The notes below the pieces were generated by a model. The model worked only from the letters and a program-made list of their open reading frames with translations, was not told the origin of the DNA and made no database searches. From NCBI GenBank assembly GCA_041662665.1, contig JBAZSC010000001.1, positions 257,511-321,510 on the forward strand: DNA of 64,000 bases. The letters are read 5' to 3'. The translations under genes were made by a program, and so were the position numbers. Positions 43,750 through 52,926 of this stretch are shown here, in pieces (within the stretch, counting starts at the first letter, position 1; each line of letters starts with the position of its first letter). The DNA comes from Patescibacteria group bacterium. Lineage in GTDB: Bacteria; Patescibacteriota; JABMPQ01; JAQVVF01.

Positions 43750-44163
43750 ATGAATTCAATAATTTTTTCTAGTGTTGTTGTTATAATATTTATTACGATC
43801 ATCTTGGTTTTGATTTTAGCATACAAAGGTAAAATCAATAAATTGAATCTTGATAATTATTATCTGTCTGAAATATGCAGACTCAATAGAACATTACTTG
43901 AAACAGCAAGACTTGAAACAAACAAAGAAGAAAAAACAAAGCAACAATTAGAAATAATTAAGAAATTTGCAAGCAAATTTGGAAGAGAAATTGCAAAAGC
44001 AGAATATTCTTATCGAAGACTTGAAGATTTGTTAACCTTTGCTTTAGAATTATGTGAAGAATTGCAAGAAATTGAAGAAAAGGAAAAAATAACAAATTTG
44101 ATCCAATACTTACAAGACATCAGAGTTGCAGTAAAAACTAAAGAGAGAGAAGGACGTTTTTAA
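43750..44163 (+). CDS. small membrane / coiled-coil protein carried on the DR-flanked cassette
   Basis: AAAGGAGGAGAAAA lies immediately upstream of the ATG. One N-terminal TM helix (IIFSSVVVIIFITIILVLILAY), then a helical, charged C-terminus. Confidence 0.45.
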   Translation: MNSIIFSSVVVIIFITIILVLILAYKGKINKLNLDNYYLSEICRLNRTLLETARLETNKEEKTKQQLEIIKKFASKFGREIAKAEYSYRRLEDLLTFALELCEELQEIEEKEKITNLIQYLQDIRVAVKTKEREGRF

Positions 44164-44197
44164 CAAAGTTTTAATAGCACCCTCAACTAGCATTAAG

Positions 44198-44229
44198 CTA
44201 GTTTTTTATTTCTCCTTCCAAAATCCAAG
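44198..44229. repeat. 31-bp direct repeat, copy 2 (the genuine last 10 codons plus stop of miaB, on the minus strand)
   Basis: The reverse complement encodes AWILEGEIKN*. It is also preceded by a hairpin (CTAGC-attaa-GCTAG). Confidence 0.7.
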
Positions 44230-45529
44230 CTAGAGATTTAGTAATCTTTGCTTTCACAATTTGTCCAATCAAATCTTTATCACTTTCAAATTTAACTAGC
44301 TTAAAAGTTTTTGTTCTGCCAAGATTTTTCTTTTCAACCAAAATATCAACAGTCTTTCCTAAATATTTTTTATTATTATTTAAAGCAGTTTTTCTCAAAA
44401 TATCATTCAAATAATTTTCTCGTCTTTTCTTTTCAGTCATTAAAACATTATCTTTCATTTTAAAAGAAATTGTTCCAGGTCTTGGTGAATATTTAGCTAA
44501 AAAAGCCATGTCGTATTTTACTTCTTTAAACAATTTACAAGTATCTAAAAATTGTTTTTTAGTTTCGCCTGGAAAACCAACAATAATATCCGTTGACAAA
44601 CAAACATCAGATAAATTCTTTTTTATCAATTTAACAAGCTTTAAATATTTTGCATGTGTATATTTTCTGTTCATCTTTTCCAAAATCAGATCATTTCCAG
44701 CTTGAGCAGGCAAGTGAATATAATGGCAGACTTTTTTGCAACTTTTTATTGTCTTAATTAACTTAAGACTCATATCTTTAGGATGTGATGTTACAAACCA
44801 AATCCAATAGTCATTTTCAATTAAATTCAACAATTTTAAAAGTGTTGCGAAATCACAATATTTTCCGAATTTAATTTTGGGATATTCGGATATTAAGATA
44901 TTAGATATTGTACCTTTATAACTGTTTACGTTCTGTCCTAATAAAGTAATCGCGTTGTAGCCATGTTTTAATAAAAATTTAACTTCGTCTAGAATTTCAT
45001 TGACTGGCCTAGATACTTCTCGTCCTCTTGAATATGGCACAACACAATATGAACAAAAATTATTACAGCCAGTCATAATCGGAACATAGGCATGAAATTT
45101 ACTTGAATAATTAGGATTAATTTTGAAATAGTTAGTTTCTACTTTGCCCATGGCAAAGGTTCGTTTCTTACGCGACCCCTGCCACGGGCAGGGTAGAATG
45201 CTTGGCCATTTTTTCAAATCCTTAATATCCAAAACAAAATCAGCAAAATTTTCAAATCTCTTTTTTTCTTTAACAGCAGAACATCCAGTTATAATTGCAA
45301 CTTGTTTATTCTTGCGAGCCAATTTCAAAGTTGAAATCGCTCTATTTTCCGCAGCCTGTCTAACTGAACATGAATTAACAATTACAAAATCAGCCAAATT
45401 TTCGCAATATACTTTCTTAAATTTTGCATTCAACAAAACAGACTCGATTCTTTCTGAATCAGAAATATTCATTTGACATCCAAATGTTTTAATAAAAAAT
45501 TTATTTTTCATATCCAAATAATTTACCAT
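44198..45529 (-). CDS. miaB: MiaB/RimO-family radical-SAM methylthiotransferase (tRNA 2-methylthio-adenosine synthase-like)
   Basis: MTTase N-domain FFIKTFGCQMNISDSERI, radical-SAM CxxxCxxC as TGCNNFCSYCVVP, and a TRAM-like C-terminus. Sits upstream of miaA on the same strand. Confidence 0.82.
   Translation of the reverse strand: MVNYLDMKNKFFIKTFGCQMNISDSERIESVLLNAKFKKVYCENLADFVIVNSCSVRQAAENRAISTLKLARKNKQVAIITGCSAVKEKKRFENFADFVLDIKDLKKWPSILPCPWQGSRKKRTFAMGKVETNYFKINPNYSSKFHAYVPIMTGCNNFCSYCVVPYSRGREVSRPVNEILDEVKFLLKHGYNAITLLGQNVNSYKGTISNILISEYPKIKFGKYCDFATLLKLLNLIENDYWIWFVTSHPKDMSLKLIKTIKSCKKVCHYIHLPAQAGNDLILEKMNRKYTHAKYLKLVKLIKKNLSDVCLSTDIIVGFPGETKKQFLDTCKLFKEVKYDMAFLAKYSPRPGTISFKMKDNVLMTEKKRRENYLNDILRKTALNNNKKYLGKTVDILVEKKNLGRTKTFKLVKFESDKDLIGQIVKAKITKSLAWILEGEIKN
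45138..45196 (-). repeat. family C palindrome-pair repeat inserted in-frame in the miaB inter-domain linker
   Basis: The + strand reads tctaCTTTGCCCATGGCAAAGGttcgtttcttacgcgacCCCTGCCACGGGCAGGGtagaa. In miaB it encodes ...LPCPWQGSRKKRTFAMGKVE..., lying between the MTTase and radical-SAM domains. Confidence 0.6.
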
Positions 45530-45607
45530 GAATTTTAAGTCTTGACAAGATAAGTTAAATATAATAATCTAATTTATTGCTCTTTCCAACCCAGAGGAGG
45601 GAAGAAG

Positions 45608-46168
45608 ATGAGAGAGATGTCTATTGTAAGATTGGATAGCTTTCCTGAACTTGCAGAAATCAAGAAAATGATAAATGAAGCTGACAAAAAATTCCGAAAT
45701 TGGCTTCTTTATGTTGTATTGTTCCTTCTTGTTATTTCTTACATTACATTTATCAATTTTGATTTTGGAATGTTTACGTCTGCTAATTTCACTATCTTTT
45801 TCCTTCTGTTGATAGCGTCCATGATTTTAGTGGTTCAGAAATTCGAACATGTTATGGCCAGAAATTCCATTTTGCGTCCTCGTTCTGATTTTGAAAAATA
45901 CTGCATTTTGATTTGTCAATATGCAAAAATTGTAAATGGACAAATCACTGAATTCAACACTTTGTTTTCTAATCTAAGAGAAGATCCGCATGGTACTGAC
46001 ATAAAAGATCATTATCATAGTGATAAGCTTGAAGTTGCGACAATCCTAGCAGAAAAGAAACGCTTTTTGGAAAATATTCTCAGCAATTTAGGCAAAGAAA
46101 AATCAAATCCAACTACTCTTCTAGTTGCAATTGCAATTATTGCAGAAAGAATCAAAAAGGAAAAGTAA
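45608..46168 (+). CDS. 2-TM small membrane protein, family M member (SD-driven)
   Basis: AGAGGAGGGAAGAAG lies immediately upstream of the ATG. Two TM helices, then a conserved block ARNSILRPRSDFEKYCILICQYAKIVNGQITEFN. Followed by terminator AGACCAtaattTGGTCTttttttt. Confidence 0.5.
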   Translation: MREMSIVRLDSFPELAEIKKMINEADKKFRNWLLYVVLFLLVISYITFINFDFGMFTSANFTIFFLLLIASMILVVQKFEHVMARNSILRPRSDFEKYCILICQYAKIVNGQITEFNTLFSNLREDPHGTDIKDHYHSDKLEVATILAEKKRFLENILSNLGKEKSNPTTLLVAIAIIAERIKKEK

Positions 46169-46285
46169 GCTAAAGCAAACGTACTTTTAGACCATAATTT
46201 GGTCTTTTTTTATTTCATCTTGCAAATTAATTCAAAACATCTTATCATAATACGTCGCACTCTACAATCAAAGGAGGAGGAGAAA

Positions 46286-47002
46286 ATGCCAAATCAACGA
46301 TCCGGTATTGAAATTTGTCAAGTACGCAATTTATGGGAATTAACAATATTCAAATTCGATCAAGATGATTTGAAAAAAATTGATAAAAAGATTAAGTTAG
46401 TTAAAGATGATGTCTCAAGAAAAGTATTTTTCATTACTTGTGTGATTTTAGTAATGTGCCTTGGCGGAATATTCATCCAGCCTAATGAAATATTGAAAAT
46501 CATTTCAGTCATTTTTGGCATTATTGATCTCATTGTCCTAATTTTTCATTTCTGTTTTGAAATTGAAAATATGCTTGCTAAGAATTATATTTCAAAGCCA
46601 AAAGATGCTTATGCAAAATATTGCCTTCAACTTTATCAATTGATCGTAATTATTAATAAGCAAATTACGAGATATAATCTTGCCGTTAGAAATATGATTA
46701 TGATCAGATCTAGCGAAGGCGAAAGTATTTACGATGAAAATCTCTACAAACTCAAAAAGAAGCTATCAAAAAAAATAGAAAGGATTTCCATTATTGTTGA
46801 ATCTTTGCCTGAAATCAAAAGAACAATCATCGATCAAGAATCGAGTGCCTTAATTGCCGAACTTAGTCATCTTGCAATTTCAGAAGTAGACCAAGCCAAT
46901 CCACTTTTATCATGTCCAATTAGTCCAGAAGGCTTAGAAGAAGAGATTGAGCGAGAAGAGGAAGTTCTGGCAAGTTTTCAAGAACCTAATCAAAACCAAT
47001 AA
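46286..47002 (+). CDS. 2-TM small membrane protein, family M paralog
   Basis: AAAGGAGGAGGAGAAA precedes the ATG at 46286. The block AKNYISKPKDAYAKYCLQLYQLIVIINKQITRYN is paralogous to the previous gene. Followed by terminator AGACCAtttcGGTCTtttttt. Confidence 0.5.
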   Translation: MPNQRSGIEICQVRNLWELTIFKFDQDDLKKIDKKIKLVKDDVSRKVFFITCVILVMCLGGIFIQPNEILKIISVIFGIIDLIVLIFHFCFEIENMLAKNYISKPKDAYAKYCLQLYQLIVIINKQITRYNLAVRNMIMIRSSEGESIYDENLYKLKKKLSKKIERISIIVESLPEIKRTIIDQESSALIAELSHLAISEVDQANPLLSCPISPEGLEEEIEREEEVLASFQEPNQNQ

Positions 47003-47181
47003 CGTACTTTCAAGACCATTTCGGTCTTTTTTTAATTATCAACAGTTTATTTGTTTTTAAAGCCGATTTATTGTATAATAAATTAAAGTTTATAAATATT
47101 TAAAATAAAAATACAAGCTTAAAAAAGTATATCTAGAAATTATATATTTTTAGATGATCTTAATTTAAGTTTTTAAACAAA

Positions 47182-48018
47182 ATGGCAAACGGAGTACCTC
47201 CAACAAATTTACCAACAGACGATCAAAACAAAACAACAAATGAACCACCAAAAAGAGAATTCAAACCATCTCAAGACAGAGTGCAGAATTTTCGTCAGCA
47301 AATGGGCAGAATAAATCCAGATCCAGGAATGCCAAATCGTCCAACGCCTCCAGCTCCACCAAAGCCACCAACACCGCCAGCACCACGTCCACAAGCACCA
47401 AGACCACAGCCTCCTATGCCTCCAAAGTCTCAGCCTCCAGTTCCTCAATTTAAACCAAAAGCGCCTACACCTGCACCGATGCCTCCAAAACCTCAACCTC
47501 AACCTCAGCCGATGACCAAACCTCAAGCTCCGATGCAACCAAAATCACCAGAAATGCCACAACATGCTGATGGACCATCAATTGAGCAAGTAGAGAAAAA
47601 GAATTTAGTCGTTAAAATTATAATTTTAATTCTTGTTGTTGCTGCTTTAGCTGGATTAGTTTTAGGTGGAGTTTTCGCCTACAACAAATGGCTTAATCCA
47701 TCTTCAAAAACAAACACTAATATTGTAGTTAATACTAATCAGCAAGTTGTACCGGAAAATGTGATCATAAAAGAGCAGATTAAAATTAAAGATACTGATG
47801 GTGATACAATGACTGATGAATGGGAAATAAAATATGGATTAGATCCAAACGATCCAGCAGATGCTCAAAAAGATAATGATAAAGACAAGCTAATAAATAT
47901 TGAAGAATTTAAATACAAAACAAATCCAAATAGTCAAGATACAGATGGTGACACATTCAGCGATTATGTTGAGATCCAAAAAGGTTTTAATCCAAATGGA
48001 CAAGGCAAACTTAAATAA
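47182..48018 (+). CDS. membrane-anchored Pro-rich surface protein with Ca-binding thrombospondin-type-3-like repeats
   Basis: PTPPAPPKPPTPPAPRPQAPRPQPPMPP tract, one TM helix, then DTDGDTMTDEWE..GLDPNDPAD..DNDKD and DTDGDTFSDYVE (DxDxDG repeats). Confidence 0.5.
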   Translation: MANGVPPTNLPTDDQNKTTNEPPKREFKPSQDRVQNFRQQMGRINPDPGMPNRPTPPAPPKPPTPPAPRPQAPRPQPPMPPKSQPPVPQFKPKAPTPAPMPPKPQPQPQPMTKPQAPMQPKSPEMPQHADGPSIEQVEKKNLVVKIIILILVVAALAGLVLGGVFAYNKWLNPSSKTNTNIVVNTNQQVVPENVIIKEQIKIKDTDGDTMTDEWEIKYGLDPNDPADAQKDNDKDKLINIEEFKYKTNPNSQDTDGDTFSDYVEIQKGFNPNGQGKLK

Positions 48019-48023
48019 TATAT

Positions 48024-48551
48024 ATGCAAAATTCTGGATTTCACAAATCAGCACCACCAATCAATATTCCTACTAATCAAAAACCAAATCTAGAATTTAA
48101 ATATCTGGAAACTGATAACAACAAGAAGCATCCCATTCTTGTTGTTTTACTTATCTTATTCTTCATTGCAATTTTAGTCGTTGCTTTCATTATTGCTTAT
48201 GATTTTTTTCAAAAAAATGAGCAAGCAAATTTAACTGCAGATTTATCAAATCAAGATATTGATGGTGATGGATTAACAACAATTGAGGAGCTAAAAAATG
48301 ACACTGATCAAAATCAATATGATTCAGATTTTGACAAAATGTCGGACGGCTGGGAAGTCAGAAACAATCTCAATCCAAAAGATTATCTTGATGCTACAAA
48401 AGATAATGATCAAGATGGATTAACAAATTTACAAGAATTGCAATATAATTCAAATCCAAATAATAAAGATACTGATAATGATGGCGTAAAAGACGGTGAT
48501 GAAGTTGCAAATAATTTAAACCCAAATGGTGATGGTAAAATCATTAAATAA
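48024..48551 (+). CDS. membrane-anchored protein with thrombospondin-type-3-like DxDxDG repeats (paralog of previous)
   Basis: TM helix ILVVLLILFFIAILVVAFIIAY, then DIDGDGLTTIEELKND, DNDQDGLTNLQELQYN and DTDNDGVKDGDE. Confidence 0.5.
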   Translation: MQNSGFHKSAPPINIPTNQKPNLEFKYLETDNNKKHPILVVLLILFFIAILVVAFIIAYDFFQKNEQANLTADLSNQDIDGDGLTTIEELKNDTDQNQYDSDFDKMSDGWEVRNNLNPKDYLDATKDNDQDGLTNLQELQYNSNPNNKDTDNDGVKDGDEVANNLNPNGDGKIIK

Positions 48552-49923
48552 AAATAAATTTTACTTTTTTGAAGCTATTTTAATTTTAGGATTAGCAATA
48601 TTTTTGCCAAAAATTTCTTTTGCAAAAATTCCATTCAATATTTTAGTTAGTACTGGTTTTGGAGTTAATCCACAATTGCACGAATTTTCAAATACTGGAA
48701 AAATTTCTAGCTATCTATCTGATCTCAAAAATTTACCAAGCAACAATAAAGGCATTAATTTAGCTTCCGGCGATGTTGATGGCGATGCTGTTGATGAAAT
48801 TATTGTTTCACAACGAGCCGGCGGAATTCCGCAAGTTTTTGTTTTTGAAAAAAATGGCAAATTAAAAATGGTTTTCAAACCTTATCCCTCAAATTCACAA
48901 ACTGGAATTAATATTGCAACAGGTGACGTTGATAAAGATGGCAAAGATGAAATAGTTACTGTTCCAGCTGAAGGCGGAGTTGCTTTAGTCAAAATTTATC
49001 GTTTTAACAAAAAACAAGAAATTATTAAAGAATTTAAAGCCTTTAGCAATGATAGCTGTGGAGCATCAGTTGCTGCTGGAGATATTGATCATGATGATAA
49101 AGATGAAATAATTGTTGGCAATGGTCCGAAATGTTCGCCAAAAATTCGTGTTTATGAATCAAATGGCGCAAGATTGCCTTTAGAATTTTATGCTTTTAAT
49201 CCAAATTTTCTAGGCGGAATAGATGTCGCAGCTGGCGATGTTGATAAAGATGGAATTGATGAAATCGGTACTTGCCAATCGCAACAACAAGCTTGGTGCA
49301 AGATTTATAAATACAAAAATAATACGCCTTTAATTGGATCCTGGCTAGCTTATAATAATTTTGAAGTTGGTGCCAGAATTGATTTCGCTGATTTAGATTC
49401 TGATGGACGAGACGAGGTTCTTACTGGAACAGCCCATGGCACTCCGCAAGTTCGTTTTTTTGAAGCATCTGGTTCGCCAATTAATATAAATTTTTATCCA
49501 TTTCCAAAAAATTATAATTCAGGAATTGATGTTGCGCCATTTTTTGCCAATAAAAAATCTCAAGAAAAAGTTATTTATGTTGAAGATGGAGATAGCGTTT
49601 ATCTAACAGATGGCCGAGAAATGCGCTATATTGGAGTCAATACACCAGAAGTTGGCAAGAAATTTTATGAAGAAGCAATTAATTTAAATAAAAGATTAGT
49701 CGAAAATAAAAATGTAATTTTAGAATATGATGTTGATCGCGAAGACCATATCGGCAGAGATTTAGCCTATGTTCATGTCGGCAAGAAATTCATCAATAAA
49801 ATTTTAGTTTCAAAAGGTTTAGCTAAAGTAGACACTTTCAAGCCAAATGTTAAATATAGATCAGTATTTAAAAAAGCCCAAGCAAGGGCTCAAAGAATGC
49901 ATCGAGGGATGTGGAGGAGGTGA
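48526..49923 (+). CDS. secreted FG-GAP/VCBS-like repeat protein fused to C-terminal staphylococcal-nuclease (SNase/thermonuclease) domain
   Basis: Signal peptide, then repeated G(D)VD.DG.DEI(IV) units (six or more). The C-terminal DGDSVYLTDGREMRYIGVNTPE...GRDLAYVHV...ARAQRMHRGMW matches the SNase fold. Confidence 0.6.
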   Translation: MVMVKSLNKNKFYFFEAILILGLAIFLPKISFAKIPFNILVSTGFGVNPQLHEFSNTGKISSYLSDLKNLPSNNKGINLASGDVDGDAVDEIIVSQRAGGIPQVFVFEKNGKLKMVFKPYPSNSQTGINIATGDVDKDGKDEIVTVPAEGGVALVKIYRFNKKQEIIKEFKAFSNDSCGASVAAGDIDHDDKDEIIVGNGPKCSPKIRVYESNGARLPLEFYAFNPNFLGGIDVAAGDVDKDGIDEIGTCQSQQQAWCKIYKYKNNTPLIGSWLAYNNFEVGARIDFADLDSDGRDEVLTGTAHGTPQVRFFEASGSPININFYPFPKNYNSGIDVAPFFANKKSQEKVIYVEDGDSVYLTDGREMRYIGVNTPEVGKKFYEEAINLNKRLVENKNVILEYDVDREDHIGRDLAYVHVGKKFINKILVSKGLAKVDTFKPNVKYRSVFKKAQARAQRMHRGMWRR

Positions 49924-49926
49924 AGT

Positions 49927-50033
49927 TTCTACTCAGCTTTAGCTGAGGTTGTGCAACTTTAGTTGCAGTTTAGAACAGCTTTAAACGCACTAAAACTAAA
50001 GTTTTACGAACCCTTGGCTAAAGCTAGGTAGAA
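49927..50033. mobile_element. MITE-like element, copy 2 (same TIRs as 16397-16489, different interior)
   Basis: TTTCTACTCAGCTTTAGCTGAGG ... CCTTGGCTAAAGCTAGGTAGAAA. The interior has GCAACtttaGTTGC and AACAGCTTTAAACgcactaaaactAAAGTTTT hairpins. It overlaps the last 3 codons of folC. Confidence 0.55.
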
Positions 50034-51280
50034 ATCAAAAGTGTTTTATAAGCAGATATAGAATAAATTGATCCGCAAATCAAAATAGGTAGTTTATTTT
50101 TTAAAGCCAATTCCTTGGCTTTTTTGATTGCCAAATTCAATTCCATAATCTGTCCATTTTTATAATATTTTTTTAGCTGTTCTGGTTCAAACATCATATC
50201 AAGATCTAGTTTTGGAAAAATAATCTCTGAAATTATTGGTTTTAAAATTTTTAAATTTTGTTTTGCATCTTTAGTTATCTTAGCAGAAAACAAAACGATC
50301 GCTTTTTTATATTTTAAATCTTTGAAAGTTTTAACTAAAGTTTTAAATCCTCCAGGATTATGAGCAGAATCGATGATAATGGGAAATGGGAAATGAGAAG
50401 TGGGAGGTGTGATCTGAAAACGCATCTGCCATTTTACCTCAAGAAATCCTTTTTTAATTGCGTCTTCAGAAATTTTATACTTTTTTTGCAATTCTTTTAT
50501 TGCCGAGAAAACAATTCCAGCATTTCGCATTTGATGTTCGCCAAGTAACGAAAGCTTATAAATTTTACTTATTTTACCGCTTTTTACTAGTCTCGCTTTT
50601 TTATTTTTGCAAACTTTTTTAATAACATTTAAAGCAGTACCAGAATTAGAAGTAACAACAATAGAATTTTCTTTTATAATTCCAGCTTTTTCTTTAGAAA
50701 TTTTTGCAATTGTATTTCCTAGATATTCTTTATGATCAATTGAAATGTCGGTTATTGCTTCAATGCCTAAATTTAAAACATTTGTCGCATCAAGTCTGCC
50801 ACCCAAACCAACTTCAAAAATAACAAAATCAACTTTCTCTTCTTTAAAATATAAAATAGCAATGCAAGTTAAAATCTCAAACCAAGTTGGCTGATCATTA
50901 ATTTCTTTTTTAACTTGCAAAACATATGGCTTAATTCTTTCAAAATATTTCGCCAATTCTTTTTCTGAAATATCAATATAATCAATTCTAATTCTTTCAG
51001 TCATTTTGAAAATATGTGGAGAAGTAAAAAGACCGCATTTATAGTGAGCTTGAGTTAAAATGCTTTGCAAACTTGCAGAAACAGATCCCTTGCCATTTGT
51101 TCCAGCCACATGCACACCTTTTAAATCTTTTTCTGGATTGCCTAATAATTCCAACAATTTTTCAACTCTTTTCAAATTTAACCAAGTCCTCTTTTTTGGA
51201 GGAGTATCAAAAAGTTTTTCGTATTTTAATAAAATATTTTTCATAAACCTAAAAATAGCATAAAGCGATGATGTTGACAA
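50024..51280 (-). CDS. folC: Mur-ligase family protein, folylpolyglutamate synthase/dihydrofolate synthase-like
   Basis: GTNGKGSVSA P-loop. The MurC/FolC central-domain architecture is present. Length 418 aa. Confidence 0.65.
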   Translation of the reverse strand: MSTSSLYAIFRFMKNILLKYEKLFDTPPKKRTWLNLKRVEKLLELLGNPEKDLKGVHVAGTNGKGSVSASLQSILTQAHYKCGLFTSPHIFKMTERIRIDYIDISEKELAKYFERIKPYVLQVKKEINDQPTWFEILTCIAILYFKEEKVDFVIFEVGLGGRLDATNVLNLGIEAITDISIDHKEYLGNTIAKISKEKAGIIKENSIVVTSNSGTALNVIKKVCKNKKARLVKSGKISKIYKLSLLGEHQMRNAGIVFSAIKELQKKYKISEDAIKKGFLEVKWQMRFQITPPTSHFPFPIIIDSAHNPGGFKTLVKTFKDLKYKKAIVLFSAKITKDAKQNLKILKPIISEIIFPKLDLDMMFEPEQLKKYYKNGQIMELNLAIKKAKELALKNKLPILICGSIYSISAYKTLLIST

Positions 51281-51341
51281 GACATTTAATTTATGATAGA
51301 CTCAAAAGCTAGCTAAGCGCAGCTGGAGGAGGAGGAAGGAC

Positions 51342-51959
51342 ATGAATCGAAGAGAGATTGAAATCGCCAGAGCAAGTTTTTCAGATGACTGTAGAAGAAT
51401 TCGAGAAAATACTATCAAGCCAATTCCTCTGCATTGGAAAACTGATGAAATCGTCAAGAACTATCAACGGTTTCCTTGGTTGCCATCTTGCCTTAGTTTT
51501 TCTGCTATCTGTTTTTCAATCGCAGTATTTGTGTTTGGTGACAGCACATTTGCATTATTGATTACTGCCATATCGCTAATACTTGGGATAGTTGCTTTGA
51601 CAAATGCTTTCTCCGGCTATTGCAAGAATTGGAAGCTCACACCGGAAATAAAGTTTCATCTTGAACTTGCTGAAAAAGTTGCGCAATTGAATGCTAAAAT
51701 TGAAAGGCATAATACACTGTATCTTCGGTCTTTGCACAATCCAGAAATGCAAACAAATCTAGCAATTATCAAAGGTGACATCCTGAAAGCCCAAGAAAGG
51801 ATGTCTCGAATATACCAAGCAGTACCGCTTGTTAATGAAGCAAACGCACTATCTGCGCTTGACGACCCAACGGCAATTCCTGCTCAGGAAATTCAAGCTC
51901 TTCAAGATGATCTGGAAAGAACTCGACTCTTGCTTGAAGCTTACGACGAATTAAGATAG
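51342..51959 (+). CDS. 2-TM small membrane protein with C-terminal coiled-coil (SD-driven, GC-elevated)
   Basis: GGAGGAGGAGGAAGGAC lies immediately upstream of the ATG. Two TM helices at residues about 45-95, then a helical C-terminus. It has the same architecture as 45608 and 46286. Followed by hairpin GTAGCGACAGGGCAGTGCCCTGTCGCTAC. Confidence 0.45.
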   Translation: MNRREIEIARASFSDDCRRIRENTIKPIPLHWKTDEIVKNYQRFPWLPSCLSFSAICFSIAVFVFGDSTFALLITAISLILGIVALTNAFSGYCKNWKLTPEIKFHLELAEKVAQLNAKIERHNTLYLRSLHNPEMQTNLAIIKGDILKAQERMSRIYQAVPLVNEANALSALDDPTAIPAQEIQALQDDLERTRLLLEAYDELR

Positions 51960-52144
51960 CGATTGTACATTCTTAAGGTTCTCATAGAGCCTTTTTTTAT
52001 TTCTCAAATTTTATCAGTAGCGACAGGGCAGTGCCCTGTCGCTACGTGTTATAAATCAAAAAACCAGCATTATTTTTTGCTGGTTTTATGTTCAAAAAGT
52101 TTCGAAACTCGGTTTTTCTTAAAACCGAGTTTCTTGAGAATGTA

Positions 52145-52843
52145 TTATGCCCATTTTCTAAAAAAATCTTTATTAAAACTATATCTTTTTGAAATCCTTA
52201 ATCCTGATAAATCAATCTTTTTAGATAGCAAATAATTTAATCCAGTATTAAAAATTGTATAGCTTGCCCAAATACCAGAAGCAAACAAACCTCGTTCAAC
52301 TGCAACAACAGGAATCAACGCAATCCAAACTGATGCTGGAAGATTGAATGCGTACAAAAATGCAACTGATCCAACAGCATGAGCAGTAAAAGTTGAGCCT
52401 AAGCTTTTTAAAATTAATCTATCAGCTTTAAAAGCACAGGCAATAGGAATCAACCAATACAATGCAAAAAACCAAGCTTGTCTTCCTTCTGGTTTCAACC
52501 AAAAAAGAATCATGCAAATAACTGGAATAGAAATTCTGAAAAGTTTGCTGTCTTTTTTAATTCCAAAATAAATCGCTGCAAATACCATTGGAAATAATCT
52601 AATTATATTTGTCACATCAAAAGCTTGATGATGGAATATAGTGTTAAACAATTTTACTGCCAGAACAGAAATCGCTGCAGGAATTGCTCCTAAAAATCCT
52701 CCAGACATTGGAGCAAAAAAATCAAAACCAGTGAATGCTTGTGAAGATCCCATTATTTTCGTAAAAGGAAATTGCAACAAAATATAGCCGATAATTGTGA
52801 ATAGCGTTACGAACACGATTTTTCTAAATACATTTGATTTCAT
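52145..52843 (-). CDS. hypothetical membrane protein (6 TM; ECF-S-component-like topology)
   Basis: 232-aa hydrophobic ORF. No diagnostic motif. Confidence 0.35.
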   Translation of the reverse strand: MKSNVFRKIVFVTLFTIIGYILLQFPFTKIMGSSQAFTGFDFFAPMSGGFLGAIPAAISVLAVKLFNTIFHHQAFDVTNIIRLFPMVFAAIYFGIKKDSKLFRISIPVICMILFWLKPEGRQAWFFALYWLIPIACAFKADRLILKSLGSTFTAHAVGSVAFLYAFNLPASVWIALIPVVAVERGLFASGIWASYTIFNTGLNYLLSKKIDLSGLRISKRYSFNKDFFRKWA

Positions 52844-52926
52844 AAAAAAAATATTAGATATTAAGAAATTCGGATATTCGGAAATTAACTATTAATTTAG
52901 TAAGTCATTTGTTTGTTATTTTAGTA

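Noticed and set aside
47209-47538. 109-aa minus-strand Trp/Arg-rich ORF
   Set aside because: Mirror image of the Pro-rich CCN/CCA tract of the 47182 gene (reverse complement of CCA/CCT gives TGG/AGG). This is a low-complexity artefact.
51963-52235. 90-aa plus-strand ORF after the 51342 gene
   Set aside because: It spans two terminator-like hairpins and overlaps the start of the convergent 52145-52843 gene. No RBS.
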